Shown here in pieces: positions 19,649 through 30,222 of a stretch of DNA of 64,000 nucleotides. The first letter of the stretch is position 1. Every line of letters begins with the position of its first letter. The DNA lies in NCBI GenBank assembly GCA_025998755.1, contig AP024674.1:1936162-2000161 (forward strand). The letters are read 5' to 3'. The position numbers and the translations under genes are program-made. The notes beneath the pieces were generated by a model. That model searched no databases, had not been told where the DNA came from, and worked only from the letters and a program-made list of their open reading frames with translations. The stretch is from Armatimonadota bacterium. Its GTDB lineage: Bacteria > Armatimonadota > UBA5829 > DSUL01.

Positions 19649-21021
19649 CAGTCGTAGCCCAGGCGCTTCTGGACCTCGGCAATGGACTCCTCGATGATGT
19701 CCATCGCCTTTTCGGCCACATCGAACGGCATCACGATGGGCGGGCTCATCCTGAGGATATGACCGGCCGGGATCCAGGCCAGCCCCTTGCTGAAGGCTGT
19801 CTGATACACCAGCTTACCGGCTTCGTCAAACGGCTCCTTTGTGGCCTTGTCCTTGACCAGTTCCACGCCCATCAGACACCCTTTCACGCGGGTGTCTCCC
19901 ACGATGTTGTACTTGGTGGTCCAGTCAGCCATCTTGCGGCGGAACAGATTCTCCAGCTGCACGGCGCGCTCCAGCAGATTCTCTTCCTGGATCACCTCGA
20001 TGCAAGCCAGGGCCGCCGCGCAGGCCATCGGGTTTCCACCGTAGCTGGTGCTGGCGCTGATGCGGTCCACCGCGTCGGCGTACGGCTCCCGGACGACCAT
20101 GGCCGTCACCGGGAAGCCGTTTCCGAAACCTTTCCCCAAGGTGACCACATCCGGCACCACATCCCAGTGCTCCGTGCAAAGGAACTTGCCAGTCCGGCCC
20201 ATCCCCGTGAGCACCTCATCCGTGAAGAGCAGGATGCCGCGCTCGTCGCAGAATTTCCTCAGCTTCGGGAAGAAATCGTCTGGAGGCATGATGGACCCGC
20301 CCCAGCCCTGGATGGGCTCCAGCACGAAAGCCGCCACATCGCCCGCCGTCCCGTTCGTGATGAAGGAGTCGTAGTATTCCAGATACTTCTCCGTGTCCAA
20401 GGAGCCGTCCTCGCGGGTCCAGAGGGGCCGGTAGGTGTCCGGCCGGGGCAACAGGTAGAAACCGGGGGCGCGCGTGGGGCCGTACAGCTTATTGGTGCTG
20501 GCCAGGCTCACCGCATGACCGGTCTTGCCGTGGAAATCCCGGAAACAGGAAAGAAACTCCTGGCGGCCGGTGGCGGCTCGGCAGGTGCGAAGCCCGGCCT
20601 CCACGGCAGTGGTTCCGCTGTCGTAGAGCTGCACGCCTCTGAGATCCCCAGGCAGCACCTCCGCCAGCTTCTCCAGAAGCTTCACCTTGAGTGGAGTGGT
20701 GAAGTCGTGGGCGTTCATCAGGGTGTGCGCCGCTTTCGCCACCGCTTCGGAGATCTTCGGATGGCAATGCCCCAGCGTGGTGACATAGATCCCGCTGGAA
20801 AAATCAATGTAGCGGTTACCGTCCACGTCCTGGAGAGTGACGCCGTAACCTTTCTCAAAGACCACGGGGAACAGGCGCACCTGGCCGGAAAGCCCACGGA
20901 TGTAGCGCGTGGCGCGCTCGTGGAGCTCGCGGGATTTCGGTCCGGGCGGGGGGGTGACGATGCGGGGATATTCGCTCAGGTCCACGTCCGCCCAGTACTT
21001 CGTTTCCATTACGGTCGCCAT
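19648..21021 (-). CDS. class III pyridoxal-phosphate aminotransferase (omega-aminotransferase family)
   Basis: 457 aa; DFSSGIYVTTLGHCHPKI; DEVLTGMGRTGK PLP-lysine region; C-terminal fold typical of GABA/acetylornithine aminotransferases. Confidence 0.85.
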   Translation of the reverse strand: MATVMETKYWADVDLSEYPRIVTPPPGPKSRELHERATRYIRGLSGQVRLFPVVFEKGYGVTLQDVDGNRYIDFSSGIYVTTLGHCHPKISEAVAKAAHTLMNAHDFTTPLKVKLLEKLAEVLPGDLRGVQLYDSGTTAVEAGLRTCRAATGRQEFLSCFRDFHGKTGHAVSLASTNKLYGPTRAPGFYLLPRPDTYRPLWTREDGSLDTEKYLEYYDSFITNGTAGDVAAFVLEPIQGWGGSIMPPDDFFPKLRKFCDERGILLFTDEVLTGMGRTGKFLCTEHWDVVPDVVTLGKGFGNGFPVTAMVVREPYADAVDRISASTSYGGNPMACAAALACIEVIQEENLLERAVQLENLFRRKMADWTTKYNIVGDTRVKGCLMGVELVKDKATKEPFDEAGKLVYQTAFSKGLAWIPAGHILRMSPPIVMPFDVAEKAMDIIEESIAEVQKRLGYD

Positions 21022-21367
21022 GGCTTGTGCCTCCGTCTCGCCGGGTCTAGCCTCTCCTCGCCCGACACCGCCCAGCCTGTATGATTATGCAGATTTCTCC
21101 AGAAAAGTCAACATAACATCAGCCTGGTTCTGGTGGCAGGAAACGCAAGCTGCAGCTTTTTCACGAACCGCAAGACTGTTGCCGGAGCGCGAGAGGATTC
21201 GGCACGGATTGGAGGCTGGCCTCCGCCGCTGGACCGCCGGAAAGCCGCCAGCTGCAGGAAAGCGGCTGCGAGGCGGCGAAACGGCGGTGCAAAAGGACGC
21301 AAACGGCCTGCCTGCGGATGGCCGTGCCTGCTCTCTCAGCCTGCAAGAATAGAAGGAGAATATCCCT

Positions 21368-24300
21368 GTGAGCACCGTGCTTTCCCTGCTGCTGGCGCTT
21401 GCTCTTGTGGCGCCGGCGGAAGCGGCCGCGCCTGCGGCCGGAAAGTTCGCGCACTATGTGGCATCTCCCTCCGGCGAGCGGTTCGAGTGCCCTATCTCGG
21501 ACGTCTGGATTCAGGCCGGCCCGGTCGAGGACTCCGGAGGGCGGCGGATGCAGTGGTGGACCTTGACCCTTCGGAAGCAGAACGGCGAACGGCTGGCAGT
21601 CCGCGCCCTGTCCGCGAAAGTCCCGATGACAGGGCGGGAAGGTCCGGGCGAGATCGCCCGCTACCAGTTCCTTCCGGGGGCGGAAAAAACCGCGCTGGAG
21701 TATGTGGACGACTCGACGGGACGCGCCTTGCTTCCGTCCGAGTATGACTTCGTCCGCAACTTCCTGCCTCGCCCTGCGCCTGATGCGCGCTTTACGGACG
21801 GATTCGCCTCTGCCGGCGAGATTATGGGCCACACCATCACCCGGACCACACGAACTGCCTCTCCGCCCGATGTCAGTTTCCAGCCACTCAAGACCTTGCG
21901 CATCCGCACAGACTTTGTGATCGGCACCGGCCGGACATTCCGGGACGACGGCACAGGACGCAATCTGCCAGACGGAGACTATACCTATATCCCCTGGACC
22001 CAGGACGACTATGAGAAGATGCTGGCCGCAGGGTTCAACTACTTCGCCATCTCCTCGCCAGATCTGCGCGCCTGGCTGCTGGAGCAGCCCGCCTTCATTG
22101 CTCTGGGGACCGGAATCGTCTATCCGGACGATCTATACCGGTCCAACGTGCTGACAGCGGACATGTTCATTGATGAGCCCATGGTCCGGATGGGCTGGAC
22201 CGGCGGCATCCCGATAAACCCTACCGGGCCGGAGCAGGTGGCCGAAGCGCTCCGGAAGCGCGTGTCCGCCCACTACGCTCTGCGCGATCGCCTGTTGCCG
22301 GTGGGACGCGGACTGGACGGCACACTGGACCTGGTGCGTCCTAAGGCTCCTTCGTGGGAGACCGAGTTCTGGTCGGCCTGGTATCAGTTGCAGGCCGGAG
22401 CGCCGGGGATAGTGCACGAAGGCCGCTACGTGAAGCGCGGCTTTGGGTGGGAACCTGAGCGTCTGGTGGGTGAAGGACTGGAAGGTCTCACGAAGACCGA
22501 TATGTTCAACTTCTATTACGCCTTCCTGCGAGGCGCGGCAAGATCCTTCGGAGGATACTGGGGCACCAGCCTCTACGGACATTCGGATGTGGATCTGCGC
22601 GTGCCCGCCTTCATCCGGGCATACCAGATGGGAGCGCGCAACCTCTGGTTCTGGACCTCGGATCACGAGCACCATATGCCGTTCTCGGAGCAGCTGCGCA
22701 TCGCCCATGCCATCACGGATTACGCCCGCCAGCATCCGCGCACCAGCCCGGAGAAACTGCTCCGGCAAGCGAAGGTGGGCATCGCCCTTCCGCCGGGATA
22801 CGCCTTCACCTGGGACGGAACCTGGGGTATGGAAAGGGAAAGGCTCAACCCGGCGGGCGTCAGCTACGGCGACATCTCGGCGGCTCTGTTTTGGGAGGGC
22901 ATCATTCAGTCGAGGCGGGGAGTGGAGTTCGATTTCCTGGTGGATCATCCCGGAATCGAGAAGCTGGGCTACGAACAGTTAGTCATCATCCAAGAGAATG
23001 GCTCCGTGCTGCGCATTCCTCCAGCTCGCGAGGTGCGCTCTCCCGGCGATGTCCGGGTGAAGGTGACAAAGTCGCAACCGCTCCTTCAGCAGACAGGCGG
23101 GAGACCCGTAGCCGGCGAGATCCGGCGCGCCCCCGCCATTCGAGTTGACGGGAACCTCTCGGAATGGCGAGGGGCCGACTGGAAGAGCCTGGGACCTGCG
23201 GACTGGTTCGGCGACAGCAGTCGGCTCATCATTTCGCTCAGCGCGCCGGCTGGCTACACCCCTGCGCCGGGAGACTGCCTGGGCGCCCGCATCCAGAAAC
23301 TGACGCCGGAGTTGATGGAGCGTTACGCCGTGGAAGCGTTCATCGAGTACGAAGACTACCTGGTGGTCAGGCACGTGGAGGCAGGCTCGCCCGCGGAAGC
23401 TGCAGGGCTCCGAGAAGGAGACGTCATCCTCACTTTGGACCGGGAACGGGTTCGCAATCCCCAAGCAATGGAACGCCTGGCGGCGCGGCTGGCCCGGCAG
23501 CCCGGCAGCAAGGCGGAGATAGAAGTCATTCGGTCCGGACGGTCGCGCTACGGCGGGGAGAAGGATCTCTCCGGCAGTTTCGCCTTTCAGGTGGATGACA
23601 GGAACCTGTACTTCGCAGCGCGGGTCCGCGACGACGTCCACGTTCAGGATCTGGACGGGTGGCACATTTGGCAGCAGGACAGCGTGCAGATCGCCCTGGA
23701 CCCGGCCCTTGAAGCGACGAAAGGCGGTTACGGCGAGAACGATCACGAGATCGGGTTCGCACTGCGGGGCACCGAGACGCTGGTCTGGCGGTGGAAGGGC
23801 CGCCGGGGCCAGCCGGTCCAGCGGCCAGCAGGAGTAAGGGCCTTCGCCGTGCGGCAGGGGGCCGAGACCATTTATGAAGCGGCGATCCCTCTTCGGGAGA
23901 TCGCTCCTTTCGCACCCGAGGTCTGGCCGCTGTGCGGGGTGAATGTGGTGATCAACGACAGCGATCAGACGGAAACCCGCAAGGGGCGGCTGGAACTGGT
24001 TTCCGGAGCAACGACGCGCGGCAAGAATCCGGACCGCTTCGCCGTGTTCCACACGCAGCCCACCGGACACGGGCGCAGGCTCTCCGCAGGCATCACCTGG
24101 GACCGGCGATGCGCGCAGGAAGGCGGAAGGCTGCAGGCGACGCTGTCCCTCTGCTCCAGAGAGACGCAGGAAGCCGTCGTGCGGACCGAGATGCGCTCGC
24201 TGGATACTCCTTCGGCTCCTTCGAGCGTGCGAGAGACGAGGGTGCCGGTGACTCCTGAGCCGCGTGCTCTAAGTTTGGAGATCTCCAGCGCCTCTCCGGC

Positions 24301-24400
24301 CGGACGGTACCTGCTGGACATCAGCGTGCGCACAATCTCCGGCCAGTTGGCGGCCCGCGACCGCCTGCCGGTGTTCATCTACCCTCCAGCGCGCCGTTAG
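21368..24400 (+). CDS. large secreted multidomain protein: unknown N-terminal ~550 aa + PDZ + CBM9/DOMON-like domain
   Basis: Signal peptide MSTVLSLLLALALVAPAEA. PDZ: VVRHVEAGSPAEAAGLREGDVILTLDRERV. CBM9-like: YFAARVRDDVHVQDLDGWHIWQQDSVQIALDP. Confidence 0.7.
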   Translation: MSTVLSLLLALALVAPAEAAAPAAGKFAHYVASPSGERFECPISDVWIQAGPVEDSGGRRMQWWTLTLRKQNGERLAVRALSAKVPMTGREGPGEIARYQFLPGAEKTALEYVDDSTGRALLPSEYDFVRNFLPRPAPDARFTDGFASAGEIMGHTITRTTRTASPPDVSFQPLKTLRIRTDFVIGTGRTFRDDGTGRNLPDGDYTYIPWTQDDYEKMLAAGFNYFAISSPDLRAWLLEQPAFIALGTGIVYPDDLYRSNVLTADMFIDEPMVRMGWTGGIPINPTGPEQVAEALRKRVSAHYALRDRLLPVGRGLDGTLDLVRPKAPSWETEFWSAWYQLQAGAPGIVHEGRYVKRGFGWEPERLVGEGLEGLTKTDMFNFYYAFLRGAARSFGGYWGTSLYGHSDVDLRVPAFIRAYQMGARNLWFWTSDHEHHMPFSEQLRIAHAITDYARQHPRTSPEKLLRQAKVGIALPPGYAFTWDGTWGMERERLNPAGVSYGDISAALFWEGIIQSRRGVEFDFLVDHPGIEKLGYEQLVIIQENGSVLRIPPAREVRSPGDVRVKVTKSQPLLQQTGGRPVAGEIRRAPAIRVDGNLSEWRGADWKSLGPADWFGDSSRLIISLSAPAGYTPAPGDCLGARIQKLTPELMERYAVEAFIEYEDYLVVRHVEAGSPAEAAGLREGDVILTLDRERVRNPQAMERLAARLARQPGSKAEIEVIRSGRSRYGGEKDLSGSFAFQVDDRNLYFAARVRDDVHVQDLDGWHIWQQDSVQIALDPALEATKGGYGENDHEIGFALRGTETLVWRWKGRRGQPVQRPAGVRAFAVRQGAETIYEAAIPLREIAPFAPEVWPLCGVNVVINDSDQTETRKGRLELVSGATTRGKNPDRFAVFHTQPTGHGRRLSAGITWDRRCAQEGGRLQATLSLCSRETQEAVVRTEMRSLDTPSAPSSVRETRVPVTPEPRALSLEISSASPAGRYLLDISVRTISGQLAARDRLPVFIYPPARR

Positions 24401-24415
24401 GAAATCCGGAACGGT

Positions 24416-25141
24416 TCAGCCCTCGCCGGGAGGGGCAGGGGCTCCGTCCCGCGGTTCATAACCCAGCAGGCGCCGCGTGGATTCCAGGTCCAGACGAGGC
24501 TCGCGGTTGTCACTGATGCCGTGCACGATGGCGAAGCCGACATCGCGCGGAGCCTGCAGGGCGAGGTGAAGGAGCTGACACAGGTCGTCCTTGCTGACGA
24601 AAAGTCGGAAGAAGTCCGGAAACGTCTCGCGGGCGAGGCGAGCTGGATCCGAAAAAGCACCGATGCGGACCGCGATGCAGCTCATGCCCTTGCTGGCGTA
24701 GACGTGGCAGAGCGCTTCGCCGAAACACTTTGTCGCTGCGTAGGCGTTCAGCGGGCGAGGTGGCATATCGGGTGTGACGGGCAAATCCGTCGGGTAGCCC
24801 ACCACCGTCTGCACGCTGGATGCGAAAACAAAACGCCCCACACCCCGCCTGAAGGCGGCATCGAACAGATAAGCGGTGACCGCCAGATTGTTGGCCACTA
24901 ACGACGGCAGGGAAGCGTTCGTGTTCGGATCCGCTGCGAGATGCAGAACCGCCTCTACGTTCTCCGTCAGCCTCCAGAGCAGGTCTGGGTCATTTGCATC
25001 GCCGATGACCCAGCGGCCCGCGGAAGCGAACTCGCCCGCTGGATAGACCCGATCGGTCAGGATCAGGTCATAATGGCCCCCGTAACGTTCTATGAAGGCG
25101 GACGCGATGCGGCCCGCGGCTCCCGTAATCAGCAGTTTCAA
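24416..25141 (-). CDS. NAD-dependent epimerase/dehydratase (SDR family)
   Basis: MKLLITGAAGRIASAF Rossmann motif; YAATKCFGE catalytic YxxxK. Confidence 0.8.
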   Translation of the reverse strand: MKLLITGAAGRIASAFIERYGGHYDLILTDRVYPAGEFASAGRWVIGDANDPDLLWRLTENVEAVLHLAADPNTNASLPSLVANNLAVTAYLFDAAFRRGVGRFVFASSVQTVVGYPTDLPVTPDMPPRPLNAYAATKCFGEALCHVYASKGMSCIAVRIGAFSDPARLARETFPDFFRLFVSKDDLCQLLHLALQAPRDVGFAIVHGISDNREPRLDLESTRRLLGYEPRDGAPAPPGEG

Positions 25142-25180
25142 AATGGGGCGGCTCCTCCGGCCCGCGCGTCCGGGCGCGAC

Positions 25181-25756
<576 letters not shown>

Positions 25757-25963
25757 TTACCCGCCACGCCCCACGGACTTCCAGAGGGGACAAGGAGAAT
25801 GCTGTAAGCCACTGCGGGAAAAGCAAACCGGGTCCGTCCCGGTAAGCCGTCTGTCGCCGGTATGCCGAAAATCAGGTCCCCGAGAACCTGCCTGTGCCGG
25901 TTGAGCCATCCGCCGAAGGCGGACGGGTCCAAACCACAACCGCGCCGGCAGGGGCACTGCGGG

Positions 25964-26839
25964 TCACATGCTCAATGTGCGGGGTGTGAACGAGACGCGC
26001 CGCATCCAGTCGGCCACACGCTCGCCTTTTGCCGACGACTCCAGATACGCCTCGGCGATCTCCACAAGCGCTTCTTTCGCTTCATCGAGCGACACGAAAT
26101 CCGCGACAGGTTGCGCCAGCCTGGGTCGGCGCCCCAGTTTCCCACCCATCAGAATGCGCGCGCCGCTCCGGCCCGCAACAAGACAATCTGGCACCGGGCA
26201 TGCGCGGACACAGTCTCCGCAGCTGAGGCAGACATCGGGATCCACCTCCGGCCCGTCCCCCAGGGATAAACAGGAATCTGGACACGCATTCACGCACAGG
26301 CCGCACTGCGTGCACCCGGAAAGATAAGCAGGCTCCTGCTGACCGTGCACTCCGAAATCCTTGATCTGCGGCTGACTGCAACAGTTGGGGCATCCCGAAA
26401 CGGACACGCGGAACTTGTGATGGAGCAAAACCGACTCCTCTTCCAGCCGTTCCAGCAGGCGCTCCGAAAACCGGATGCCTTCCAGGGCTGCCTCCAGCTC
26501 GTCCGCCCACTGCGTCACCGGAATGAGCAGATGCTGGCATCCCCGGACCTCTCCCGGACAGGACTCCACCAGCACCATAGCGGGGCGGTCGTCGCGAGAG
26601 GCGGGCAACGCGTGTTTGAGGTCGGAATCCTTCTTGCCCGCGAACGCCCGCCGGAACTGCCGGTAGCATTCCTCGTAGTCGGCCAGCGTCACGACGTCAC
26701 GGCCCGCCCTGCGCACGGACTCCTCGATCTTTCCCCTGGCCAGAGGCCGGACGATGAACGGCACATTCTGCAAGGCTTTATGCGCCTCGGCATCCCATTT
26801 CATTCCAGAAGATTCCTCCCCGGCGATCCGCCGATCCAA
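25964..26839 (-). CDS. Fe-S protein: PCP_red-like N-terminal domain + sulfite-reductase-type Cys cluster + two 4Fe-4S ferredoxin motifs
   Basis: N-terminus WDAEAHKALQNVPFIVRPLARGKIEESVRRAG (PCP_red-like); GCPNCC; CTQCGLCVNACP and CLSCGDCVRACP. Start may be M13 (26803). Confidence 0.7.
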   Translation of the reverse strand: MDRRIAGEESSGMKWDAEAHKALQNVPFIVRPLARGKIEESVRRAGRDVVTLADYEECYRQFRRAFAGKKDSDLKHALPASRDDRPAMVLVESCPGEVRGCQHLLIPVTQWADELEAALEGIRFSERLLERLEEESVLLHHKFRVSVSGCPNCCSQPQIKDFGVHGQQEPAYLSGCTQCGLCVNACPDSCLSLGDGPEVDPDVCLSCGDCVRACPVPDCLVAGRSGARILMGGKLGRRPRLAQPVADFVSLDEAKEALVEIAEAYLESSAKGERVADWMRRVSFTPRTLSM

Positions 26840-26958
26840 CTCGGCTGGGGTGGCTCCCTTCCCGGCGAGCCATCAAAACAGCTTCCGGTGAAATGATGCC
26901 GCGGCACAGGCAGGAATGCCTTGACCCGGATCAAGGGACCGGGGATTTGTCTTTTGTC

Positions 26959-27639
26959 TCAGACTTCCGATTCCCCGTCGGCAAGGCGGCGCAGTTCAGG
27001 GGCGTCCAGTATGGAAATCGTCCGGCCCCGGACGCGGATGACACCCTGCGCTTCCATACGAAAAAACAGACGGCTGAGGGTCTCGGGGGTCATCCCCAAA
27101 TGCGCGGCCACCACGGCCTTGGGCGCGGGCAGAACGGCAGCCGACCCTTCCTGCAATCCCAGTAGATAGCCGGCCAGGCGGGACGCGGCCCCGCGCAGCG
27201 CCAGCACCTCCACCTGCCCCACCAACCTGCGCAACCAGAGAGCCATCCCGCCCATCAGCCGAATGGCGACGTCCGGCTCGCCCCGGAGCAGGGCCAGAAA
27301 AGGCTGACTGGGGAACAGGACCGCCCGCGACTGCCTGACCGTTTCGGCATACGCCGGGTAAGTATCGCCCAGGAAAAGAGCAGCCTCGGCGAAGGTCTCC
27401 CCCGGCCAAACCAGATGCAGCACGTGCTCTTTGCCCTCGCCGGAAAGCTTGTAAACCTTGACGGCACCCTCGACCAGCAGATAGAACCCTCCGCAAGGTT
27501 CTCCCTCGCTGAAGATCATCTCGCGCGCGGCGAAATTGCGCCACCGCGCGAACGAGGCGATCTTTTGGAGCATCGCGGAATCCAGCGAGGAGAACATCTC
27601 CGACTTTTTGAGGGCTAAGACCAGAGCATTGTCGGGCAT
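26959..27639 (-). CDS. Crp/Fnr-family transcriptional regulator
   Basis: cNMP-binding beta-roll (FSEGEPCGGFYLLVEGAVKV); C-terminal HTH AAHLGMTPETLSRLF. Confidence 0.85.
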   Translation of the reverse strand: MPDNALVLALKKSEMFSSLDSAMLQKIASFARWRNFAAREMIFSEGEPCGGFYLLVEGAVKVYKLSGEGKEHVLHLVWPGETFAEAALFLGDTYPAYAETVRQSRAVLFPSQPFLALLRGEPDVAIRLMGGMALWLRRLVGQVEVLALRGAASRLAGYLLGLQEGSAAVLPAPKAVVAAHLGMTPETLSRLFFRMEAQGVIRVRGRTISILDAPELRRLADGESEV

Positions 27640-27818
27640 CCTACACTCCGAATGAGGCAGGCGGGAACCGCCGGCGCAAGATGTTGTTTTAGTTTATTAG
27701 GGACGAAGCCTGGAAAGCAATTCGGGCACAGCACGTCGGGAAGGCGTACCAGTCAATCTTGCGCGGGCAAGGCTCCTCACAGAAGCCTACAACGCGCTCA
27801 AAGGCGAGCGAGAAATCC

Positions 27819-28607
27819 ATGGGCGATTGCGCGAGCGTTCAGGAGAGCATTTCAGCTCTGGTTGACAGCGAAGTTTCAGGCGAGGAACTCGACACGGTTC
27901 TCAGGCATCTCGAGCAGTGCGGAGACTGCGCGGCAGTGCGGGCCGAGATGGTCCGGCTGAAGGCGGTGGCGCAGGTGGCCCTGGCTTCCACCAGTTGTCC
28001 CTCGTCACTGCGGCGACGGGTACTTCAGGAACTGAACTCTGAAGTCCGCGAGCGCCGGGACGCTGCCCGCCCGTGGCGGCCCCTCCGTTTCGTCTGGGCA
28101 CCGGCGGCGCTGGCGGCAGGTCTTCTGCTGCTGTTTGCCGGACGGCCCGGATATGTTCCCCTCCACGAACTCCCGTCGCTCCAGCAGAGGAACTCGCTCC
28201 ATCGAGTGGCTCACGAAACGCCGCAGATGGCGGCCATGGCGCTTCGTGAGGAGCTGGATATCGGAGTCCGCCCGGTTGAGCTGGCTCCGCTGGGACTGCG
28301 ATTCGAGTCCGCCGGGCGCACTAGCCTGGGGGGATGCAAGGGGGCCTACTTCACTTTTGTAACCCCGGATGGGCAGCGCCTGACGGTTTTTGAGATCTGT
28401 CCGCAGGGCAAGGCGGTGCCAGCCGGCCGTAGTGCCTCCCGCTACGATCTGCCGGAGGGCTGGCAGATCCTGAGAACGGCGGACGGCCGCGACATCCTGT
28501 TCCTGAAACCCCCACGCGGGCTTGTGGTGGCCATCTGTTCGGACCTGCCGCTGCAAAAGGCTGCTGACGCCGGGAAACTGGTGGGCGAACAGTTGGCGCG
28601 ATACTGA
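27819..28607 (+). CDS. zf-HC2-type anti-sigma factor, membrane-spanning
   Basis: HLEQCGDCA putative zinc finger; one TM helix (AALAAGLLLLFAG); periplasmic C-terminal domain. Start taken at MGDCASVQ (27819) rather than the track's 27759. Confidence 0.6.
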   Translation: MGDCASVQESISALVDSEVSGEELDTVLRHLEQCGDCAAVRAEMVRLKAVAQVALASTSCPSSLRRRVLQELNSEVRERRDAARPWRPLRFVWAPAALAAGLLLLFAGRPGYVPLHELPSLQQRNSLHRVAHETPQMAAMALREELDIGVRPVELAPLGLRFESAGRTSLGGCKGAYFTFVTPDGQRLTVFEICPQGKAVPAGRSASRYDLPEGWQILRTADGRDILFLKPPRGLVVAICSDLPLQKAADAGKLVGEQLARY

Positions 28608-28615
28608 CCCCCCCG

Positions 28616-29449
28616 TCAGCCCTGAACCAGCGAACGCAGTAGGCGGATCTCGTCTGCGTGACGTTCGGGATCGGGCGTCTCCAGGAGTAGCGGCACCTCC
28701 CGCAAACGCGGATCGTTCAGCAGTATGCGGAAAGCCTCTTCCCCAAGCAACCCCTCTCCGATGGGCGCGTGGCGATCCACCCGGGAACCGAGATCCTTCT
28801 TGGCATCGTTTAGGTGAACGCAGCGCAGCTTATCCATCCCGATGATGCGGTCAAAGGCGGCCAGAGTTTCCGCAAATCCGTCCGGCGTCCGCAGCTCGTA
28901 GCCCGCAGCAAAAAGATGACAGGTATCCAGGCAAACGGCCGTGTGTTCCGGAATCGCCGAAGCGTCCAGCATCTCCGCCAGTTCTTCAAAGGACGACCCC
29001 AGAGAGTTCCCCTGCCCTGCCGTCCCCTCCAGCAGGATGGTGACCGACGCGGCCCCCGACTGTTCCAGGCATTGCCGGATGGCTTCGCCCACCCTCCGGA
29101 TGGCGGGAGACACCTCTCCATCGTGCGCTCCGCAGTGGGTCACCAGGTACGGGATACCCATCTTCTGGCACCTCCCCAGCTCATCCGTAAAAGATTCCAG
29201 CGATCTCGCCCGCACCACGGCGTCGGAGGATGCCAGATTGGTAAGGTAGATATCGTGAGCCACGCACTGGACATCATACTCCCTGCAGGCATCCCGGAAG
29301 CGCGAGGCCTCTTCGTCGGATAGCGGACGCGCCTCCCATCGCTGAGGCGCACGGGTGAAGATCTGGATGGCGTCGCAGCCGATCTCACGACCGGACCGCG
29401 CCGCGTTCCACGCTCCGCCGGCCGTGCTGCGATGCGCTCCGAGGATCAT
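28616..29449 (-). CDS. nfo: endonuclease IV (AP endonuclease, Xyl_iso TIM barrel)
   Basis: 277 aa; ILGAHRSTAGG...IQIF N-terminus; VTHCGAHDG; CLDTCHLFAAGYEL; CVHLNDAK. Confidence 0.9.
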   Translation of the reverse strand: MILGAHRSTAGGAWNAARSGREIGCDAIQIFTRAPQRWEARPLSDEEASRFRDACREYDVQCVAHDIYLTNLASSDAVVRARSLESFTDELGRCQKMGIPYLVTHCGAHDGEVSPAIRRVGEAIRQCLEQSGAASVTILLEGTAGQGNSLGSSFEELAEMLDASAIPEHTAVCLDTCHLFAAGYELRTPDGFAETLAAFDRIIGMDKLRCVHLNDAKKDLGSRVDRHAPIGEGLLGEEAFRILLNDPRLREVPLLLETPDPERHADEIRLLRSLVQG

Positions 29450-29551
29450 TTCTGCGCCCTCCCCTTCCAGAAGAACCAGGAGAAAAGCGGGGCACCGGAC
29501 CTTGCCCGATGCCCCGAAAAACGGCGGGCAACACCGCCCCGCGCCCGGCCG

Positions 29552-30037
29552 TCACCGGGATGCCAGATGCCTGTCCAGCATCAGCAGACCCTGCGAGCTG
29601 GAGCCCACCATCTTGACCTGCTCCAGAATGTCGCTGGCCGTCTTCTCCTCCTCGACCTGCTCATTGATGAACCACTGCAGGAAGGCCTGCGTGGCGTAGT
29701 CGTTCTCCGCAACCGCTTTGGCGTACAGGTCATTGATAGCGGCCGTCACCATCCTCTCGTGCTCCAGCACCTTTTCGAAGATGTCCTGGGCACCCTGGAA
29801 GTCCACGGGCGGCTGCGCGACGGGCTTCAACAGGATGCGGCCGCCACGGTCGTTGATGTAGTTGTAGAACTTCAGAGCGTGCCCGTACTCTTCCGCGCTC
29901 TGCGCGCGCAGCCAGTGACCGAAACCGCCCAGGTTGACGGACTCGCAATAGGCGGACATCGAGAGGTAGTAATAAGAGGAGTAGAACTCCTTGTTCATAT
30001 GCTCGTTGAGAGCATCCAGAAGAGACTGACTCAGCAC
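29552..30037 (-). CDS. ftn: non-heme ferritin
   Basis: 161 aa; ferroxidase-centre residues [13 protein letters not shown]...EHE...[11 protein letters not shown]. Confidence 0.85.
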   Translation of the reverse strand: MLSQSLLDALNEHMNKEFYSSYYYLSMSAYCESVNLGGFGHWLRAQSAEEYGHALKFYNYINDRGGRILLKPVAQPPVDFQGAQDIFEKVLEHERMVTAAINDLYAKAVAENDYATQAFLQWFINEQVEEEKTASDILEQVKMVGSSSQGLLMLDRHLASR

Positions 30038-30222
30038 TTCTTCAGCTTCCTTTCCTTCGCCGGGATGCTCCGGCTGACAGTATTGAGCCTGACGGATCCG
30101 GGTGGGCGAGGACCACGCCTCGCGGACTCAGACCAAAGCAGATTCGGCACGACCGGCCGGCAGGTCTGTCCCGGAGCCGGGAAGAATGATATCACAGCGC
30201 CGGGTGACCCGGTCCTTCGGCC

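Noticed and set aside
19498-21084. 528-aa plus-strand ORF antisense to the aminotransferase
   Set aside because: Shadow ORF; the minus-strand protein has clear class-III aminotransferase motifs.
30183-30197. Fur-box-like AATGATATCAC between the ferritin and HExxH genes
   Set aside because: Only a partial match to the 19-bp Fur consensus. It lies 26 nt upstream of the plus-strand gene rather than at a sensible distance from the ferritin start.
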